NCBI GenBank assembly: GCA_963667035.1
Contig: OY762964.1
Coordinates: 1,344,001 to 1,408,000, forward strand
DNA from: Candidatus Cloacimonadales bacterium
GTDB lineage: Bacteria; Cloacimonadota; Cloacimonadia; Cloacimonadales; JAFGVF01
Reading direction: 5' to 3'
Length of the DNA stretch: 64,000 nucleotides
Part shown: positions 59,098 through 64,000 of the stretch, one piece after another
How positions within the stretch are numbered: the first letter of the stretch is position 1
Layout: each line of letters begins with the position of its first letter
The notes under the pieces: model-generated
What the model was told of the DNA's origin: nothing
What the model saw: only the letters and a program-made list of their open reading frames with translations
Database searches by the model: none
Made by a program: the position numbers and the translations under genes

Positions 59098-60289
59098 TAT
59101 ACTTGTTCTATTATTCCTAATTCCATTTCAACTATTCGGTGTCTCTTCTATTGAAGAAGCATACAGGTTTCTTTCTAACAGGCAATATGTTTCAGCAAAG
59201 AATGCTTATTTAGAGCTGATTAAAGCTGACAGTTGCTATGCTGATGCATATATAGGAGCAATAGAATCATCTTTAGGATTGAAACAAATCAAAGAAGCAG
59301 AGTCTCTTGCAAAGCAAGCTCAACCTGATTGTAATCCTAATCATATCTTTTCTCGCTATCTAGGTTACATATACTATCTTAAAAAGGACTATTATAGAAG
59401 TATCTATTATTATAAGATAGCCATCTGGGGTTCTATGGATAGGTCAATTGAACTCACAGGACTTGGAAAGAGTTATAGTGAATTACATTACTTGGATAAA
59501 GCTGAGAACTATCTTCTTAATGCTCTAAAGGTTAATAAGGATAATCTTTACGCTCAGAATGCTCTAAATCAAATTAAGCATTTACCATTGTATACTGAGA
59601 TTTATTCAGGAATCAATAGCTCTAACAAAGAAGAGAAGACTTACTTCGGTTCATTGTTTATAAATAGCTACAAGAGTCTATTAAATCTCAGATTTAATCA
59701 TTTTGAATCTAACAATACTAATAGAGATAGCTATGCTCTAGGTTATAAATACCTTACATCAGGTTGGAAAACAGGAATAGATTTAGCTTATATGTCAGGA
59801 GATTACAAGCTCCTTTACGATACTTACGGAACTTCTCTCATGTTTGAGAAAGAATTTATTAATCAATACGGTTACAATAGACTTGGTTACTCCTTTTCTT
59901 ATTGCTACTATGATATACTTTCATCAATACAGAATACTGCTTGGTATGAGACAAAGATAAACAGAGCCAATCTTTTATTGGAGTTAACAAGTAGTATAAG
60001 AGACTATGAAGTTAAGGATTTAGACAATGATTACTGGTTGTTATACACGGAATTAAATTACAGACTCCCTTATAACTTTACTTCAGGTCTATTCCTCTTT
60101 TATGGAGATAAAGAGTTCTATGTTTCTCCCAAAGGCTATGTAATTGATAACTACAGAGAACCAAACTTATCTTATGGATTTAACCTCATGTATGAGTTAC
60201 CCAAAATTTCCATAGCAGGAAATTATACAATTAATGATGATAAAACATACTCGTCCAGTCTTACACTGGGATATAAAACAAAGTTCTGA
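59075..60289 (+). CDS. TPR plus C-terminal beta-barrel outer-membrane protein
   Basis: Signal peptide; N-terminal TPRs; aromatic beta-strand C-half ending LTLGYKTKF. Confidence 0.7.
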   Translation: MKLLLKNSILVLLFLIPFQLFGVSSIEEAYRFLSNRQYVSAKNAYLELIKADSCYADAYIGAIESSLGLKQIKEAESLAKQAQPDCNPNHIFSRYLGYIYYLKKDYYRSIYYYKIAIWGSMDRSIELTGLGKSYSELHYLDKAENYLLNALKVNKDNLYAQNALNQIKHLPLYTEIYSGINSSNKEEKTYFGSLFINSYKSLLNLRFNHFESNNTNRDSYALGYKYLTSGWKTGIDLAYMSGDYKLLYDTYGTSLMFEKEFINQYGYNRLGYSFSYCYYDILSSIQNTAWYETKINRANLLLELTSSIRDYEVKDLDNDYWLLYTELNYRLPYNFTSGLFLFYGDKEFYVSPKGYVIDNYREPNLSYGFNLMYELPKISIAGNYTINDDKTYSSSLTLGYKTKF

Positions 60290-60299
60290 TGGAGTGCTT

Positions 60300-63200
60300 T
60301 TGCAGACATTAAAACGTTTCTTCCTTTTGTTTCTTGCCCTTATAACATTGAACGCTTGCTTTAGAGAGAATAATGACTATCCGGTCGGTGTCGATCCATT
60401 CTCAATTACTGAGAGTGATATCCCCGGTTATTATATTGGAACAGAAATATCTGAGACAATGAATTACTATGTTCCATCTCAGAATAGTGATGCTTACCTA
60501 TTACTTGAACAAGAAACCATTACAGATTCTTTATTGCATAGAGGTGATTTTCTCTGGTTTGGAGAAATTGAAAGCTTTACATTAAGAGACTCCATTTACA
60601 TTTCTGCTGAATATGACCAAGCTACTCCTACATTCTTTTTGGGAGTATACAGAGATTCATTGTTAGTTAACTTTTCTGCAACTTTCCCGACAAATAGCAT
60701 CAGAGCATTTATACCAGCTGAAAAAGACAATTCAAATATAAAACTAGTAACATGGGGAGATGAATTTCTTACTGATTACGCATACAACAATCAATCAGGT
60801 TCTTCCAATCTATTTACCATTAATCTAACTCCCGGACAAGAGTTTGCTTTCTACTCACTTAACGGTTCATCTAGTAACTACACTATTAGTTATTCGAATA
60901 GTAATATGCACATACTTACAAAAGACTTCTACGGTTTTATGCCGTCCGGACTAGGTATGACAGGTAATGTAAGTATAAATTCATCTATCGATAGCAACAC
61001 TCTAGCAGCAATCAATGGTGTCTATAATAATTTGCTTGTTAGTAATACCTCAATATCAGTCAATTTTAACACTGTACTCAATGATAATGATTACATTGTT
61101 ATATGTTATAAACAACTCCCGGAACATACACCGGAGAATATGCTACTATATGAACATGACACCTTCTCTCAGTTTGATAATAGTAGTAATTATTGGTCAA
61201 TCGATTCTGATAACTTACAAATCTTTCCGAACAAGACAGGAGATTATATCTTGGTAGAAAACATTCCTGATGTTAATGAGTATAAGATTACTTTGGACGG
61301 CTCATTTTCAACATTATGTCTAGGTGATTTCTACTGTAATCTCAAAACTGCATCACTTAACAATACTTATCTCACTATCAATCTACAAGCAAGCATTGAC
61401 CAATGGGATACTTATTACGGATCCAATAGTTATGGCTTAATGGTTCCTGATAACATTTACGGTTTCACCTTTACAGATTTCGATGGAACAAGTGTTACTC
61501 TTACCGATGATGAATACATAGAAGTAGGATTTCCCTCTGCAAAAGCAAACAGAATGCTATTCTATCACAAAGACGATGGTCAATCACTAACAATCGGCTA
61601 TCTTACTGAAGATATCAGTTACGATGAAAGACACTATACCGAGATAGATGGCTATCTTTATTTCGGAGTTAACTCTTCATGTAATTATTTCTTTTCAGAT
61701 TATGAACCGTCTATAACTAATAAATCTATTCCTTTGCCTTACAATAAGGTATATTATAATTTCGGAAGTTTCACTTTAAATATTGATACCTACTCCAATC
61801 CTATATCTTCCATTAACATTAGTTTTAATACTCCTATCCCCTATGTAGATACAATATTTTCAGGATATCCTTACAAACTAAATACAACTCCATTCAGTTT
61901 CAATGTAGATTTCTTTTCGGATGAGCAAGAGATTCAACAACTGGATGATGATGAATACATTGAGATAGGCATTCATAATGATTACTTACCTCCCTCATAT
62001 TCACATCTCTTCACCATAGACAACAGTGCTTCAGAGTTCAGAGCTTCTTACAAGACTATGGGAGATGAATATGATGAAGAGCACTTCTCTATTCAAAATG
62101 ATTATACTTATTTTGGACTAGCCTCTAGCTCAGACTATTTGTTCTCAGAAGCTAACACTGATTTGGATACTTACTTCTTCGAACTACCCACAAAAGCAAT
62201 ATTGCTTGAAGCGGATGATTTCTTCATATCAAGCGAGAGTGTTACATCAGCAAACAAACTTGTAGTAAATACGCAAGTTAATACCGATTTTATTCATAAC
62301 TACTTTGACTCTAATCCCTTCTCAATAGAAACTCCTGAGTTCATCTATGAGTTTAGTTTTCTCCTAGATAATAATCCTGTTAGTGAGCTAAGGGAAGGTG
62401 AATCCGTTGTCATCACAAAACCGGCTTCTGTTCCAAATGGACAAAGTGTAGTAATTGATTATGCAGAATCAGCTAGTGCTGTAAGTATTATTTCAAACTC
62501 GGAATACACGGTTGATAGTAGATATACTTATGAGAACGACAATATCTCTATGCTCGTGTATAGAACAGGCAAAAAGTGTTATACTTCTTTAAATCCATTA
62601 TCTTCCGACTTTACTATTCCATTACTCAAGCAGCACACAGAGATAATCAGTCTGGACTTATCAATTGTCACGGATTTAACTCCTAGTCTTTTAAATAGCT
62701 ATCCTGACGGTCTTATTGTTAATGCATCAATTCAAAGTGATTTACCTGAAGAAGCCATTGATATTTTCAACCAATACGATAACTTAGTTGTTTCATCTGT
62801 ATATCATTTCGGATTAAGTGATACTAACAATACGGAGCTCAATTCATTGCTTGAAACAATCAATCCAGCAATTGAAATTAATATAGAGTCCACGCCAAGT
62901 TTTCTGTGTTACTTCTCTCCCGAGAATAGAAACAGACTTTACACATATCCATTAGGAGAAGTAATTGATGGATATAATTTTACTGTTTCAAACAATAAAG
63001 CACTCTTCCTCATTCATGACCCGGGGTACTATGTCGCTATAAGAGAGAATACACCAATGCTAATGAATGATTATAATATTACAGACGTTTCCTCTCCGAT
63101 AAATGTTTCATTTTATCAAACTCAATTCATGCTTCCCGCTTATTTCGTACCATTTTATTTTGAAGTGGGAGATAGAGTTGTTTTAAGAACTGAGTCCGTT

Positions 63201-63506
63201 ATTCCCGGCTATAACCCAATTACAAGTGTAAGATTAGATTTCATTGATAATAGTAATCAAGCAATAAACACTGCTTTCATCTATGAACATGCTTACGAAG
63301 AAAGCCCTATTCTGTATCTATCTTTTCCACCTTCCTATACTAATTCCAATTTAAGACTATTTTTTAGAGATATAAACGGAAATGTAACCGAGTATACAAG
63401 GGTAAATGAGTTTAGTGAAGACATGTTCTACTTGGAGTTTATAGCTCACTCCAATTGTGCAATCGTAGTAGTTAATAGTCCGGGATCTTTCTTTATAACT
63501 AACTAG
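60300..63506 (+). CDS. Large acidic surface lipoprotein with internal ~150-aa repeats
   Basis: SD GGAG plus TTG 60300; lipobox LNAC; repeated DDEYIE.G and YDE.H..DY.YFG..S..Y.FS segments. Confidence 0.7.
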   Translation: MQTLKRFFLLFLALITLNACFRENNDYPVGVDPFSITESDIPGYYIGTEISETMNYYVPSQNSDAYLLLEQETITDSLLHRGDFLWFGEIESFTLRDSIYISAEYDQATPTFFLGVYRDSLLVNFSATFPTNSIRAFIPAEKDNSNIKLVTWGDEFLTDYAYNNQSGSSNLFTINLTPGQEFAFYSLNGSSSNYTISYSNSNMHILTKDFYGFMPSGLGMTGNVSINSSIDSNTLAAINGVYNNLLVSNTSISVNFNTVLNDNDYIVICYKQLPEHTPENMLLYEHDTFSQFDNSSNYWSIDSDNLQIFPNKTGDYILVENIPDVNEYKITLDGSFSTLCLGDFYCNLKTASLNNTYLTINLQASIDQWDTYYGSNSYGLMVPDNIYGFTFTDFDGTSVTLTDDEYIEVGFPSAKANRMLFYHKDDGQSLTIGYLTEDISYDERHYTEIDGYLYFGVNSSCNYFFSDYEPSITNKSIPLPYNKVYYNFGSFTLNIDTYSNPISSINISFNTPIPYVDTIFSGYPYKLNTTPFSFNVDFFSDEQEIQQLDDDEYIEIGIHNDYLPPSYSHLFTIDNSASEFRASYKTMGDEYDEEHFSIQNDYTYFGLASSSDYLFSEANTDLDTYFFELPTKAILLEADDFFISSESVTSANKLVVNTQVNTDFIHNYFDSNPFSIETPEFIYEFSFLLDNNPVSELREGESVVITKPASVPNGQSVVIDYAESASAVSIISNSEYTVDSRYTYENDNISMLVYRTGKKCYTSLNPLSSDFTIPLLKQHTEIISLDLSIVTDLTPSLLNSYPDGLIVNASIQSDLPEEAIDIFNQYDNLVVSSVYHFGLSDTNNTELNSLLETINPAIEINIESTPSFLCYFSPENRNRLYTYPLGEVIDGYNFTVSNNKALFLIHDPGYYVAIRENTPMLMNDYNITDVSSPINVSFYQTQFMLPAYFVPFYFEVGDRVVLRTESVIPGYNPITSVRLDFIDNSNQAINTAFIYEHAYEESPILYLSFPPSYTNSNLRLFFRDINGNVTEYTRVNEFSEDMFYLEFIAHSNCAIVVVNSPGSFFITN

Positions 63507-63697
63507 ATTAGTATTACTTTATATTTTATCTCCCCTATTCAGGTAAGAAACTAAAATTAGTGCTCAAGCAATGCTTCAAGTTATATAGATAAACATACAA
63601 TATACTCCAACACTTATTTATACATTTTATAAAGGTATATACCATAAATCCTCACTGTCTATCCTGGAAGGATAACCTAGCAATACCCAATTATTAT

Positions 63698-63851
63698 CAC
63701 GCTACTCCCATGACCAATAGACAGTTAATCTTCACATATTTCTAACTCAACACTTACTCAACACTTACTTGAGAAGTGAGAATTCAGTGAGTTATAAGTG
63801 AATTATAAATGTTAATGAAGTGATTATTGGTCATGAGTAAAGCATGAGAAT
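63698..63851 (+). repeat. Intergenic element family B, copy 2
   Basis: Colinear with 37367-37520; long imperfect hairpin closed by CATGACCAATA/TATTGGTCATG. Confidence 0.75.
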
Positions 63852-63873
63852 AAGGCAATAGCTTAAAAAATAA

Positions 63874-63900
63874 TAAAGCCTGCTTCAAGCAGGCTTAAAA
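63874..63900 (-). terminator. Terminator downstream of tRNA-Asn
   Basis: AAGCCTGCTT/AAGCAGGCTT inverted repeat flanked by A runs. Confidence 0.7.
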
Positions 63901-63902
63901 AC

Positions 63903-63977
63903 TGGCTCCGGAAGAGGGATTTGAACCCCCGACAAATTGGTTAACAGCCAACTGCTCTACCGCTGAGCTATTCCGGA
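63903..63977 (-). tRNA. tRNA-Asn (GTT)
   Basis: Reverse complement TCCGGAATAGCTCAGCGGTAGAGCAGTTGGCTGTTAACCAATTTGTCGGGGGTTCAAATCCCTCTTCCGGAGCCA: cloverleaf, anticodon loop CTGTTAA, encoded CCA. Confidence 0.97.
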
Positions 63978-64000
63978 TCATCTGTCGATGTGTGAACATA

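Noticed and set aside
60234..60299. ORF-track start for the large lipoprotein
   Set aside because: Overlaps the previous gene and displaces the signal peptide; TTG at 60300 has an SD and gives a proper lipobox position
1101..61257. The many short ORFs antisense or out-of-frame to long genes (e.g. 1101-1301, 3635-3928, 30216-30512, 50910-51275, 52104-52535, 61015-61257)
   Set aside because: Shadow ORFs overlapping well-supported genes, with no recognisable motifs
63903..63977. tRNA-Asn as integration site of a genomic island
   Set aside because: No integrase and no duplicated tRNA 3' end noticed within the window; the cluster is contiguous with murJ-uvrC

Overview
AT-rich bacterial chromosome segment. 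The gene content suggests Candidatus Cloacimonadota or a related FCB-group lineage (inference from C25 gingipain-like proteases with C-terminal FlgD-Ig/T9SS-A-like sorting domains and a candidate-phylum-type membrane operon). Housekeeping genes: rdgB, PMM/PGM, ABC-F, a heterodimeric ABC exporter, lysS, S1, hutH, truA, ispG, murJ, uvrC and tRNA-Asn. There is also a block of secreted CTD-bearing proteins with an IS1182 remnant. Best candidate for an undescribed system: the tightly coupled operon at 51330-63506, encoding a stand-alone PqqD/RRE, ATP-grasp ligase, LysA-like PLP enzyme, urea-transporter/M23 fusion, MBOAT, SGNH, TPR, TPR/beta-barrel and a large repeat lipoprotein. I found no precursor peptide, but the PLP enzyme carries a lasso-leader-like YxxPxI motif at its N-terminus. 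Also notable: two families of dispersed intergenic elements built from 11-nt-phased inverted repeats (one with covariation), and an uncharacterised membrane operon with possibly paralogous domains in opposite topology. All family assignments come from motif recognition by eye; no searches were run.
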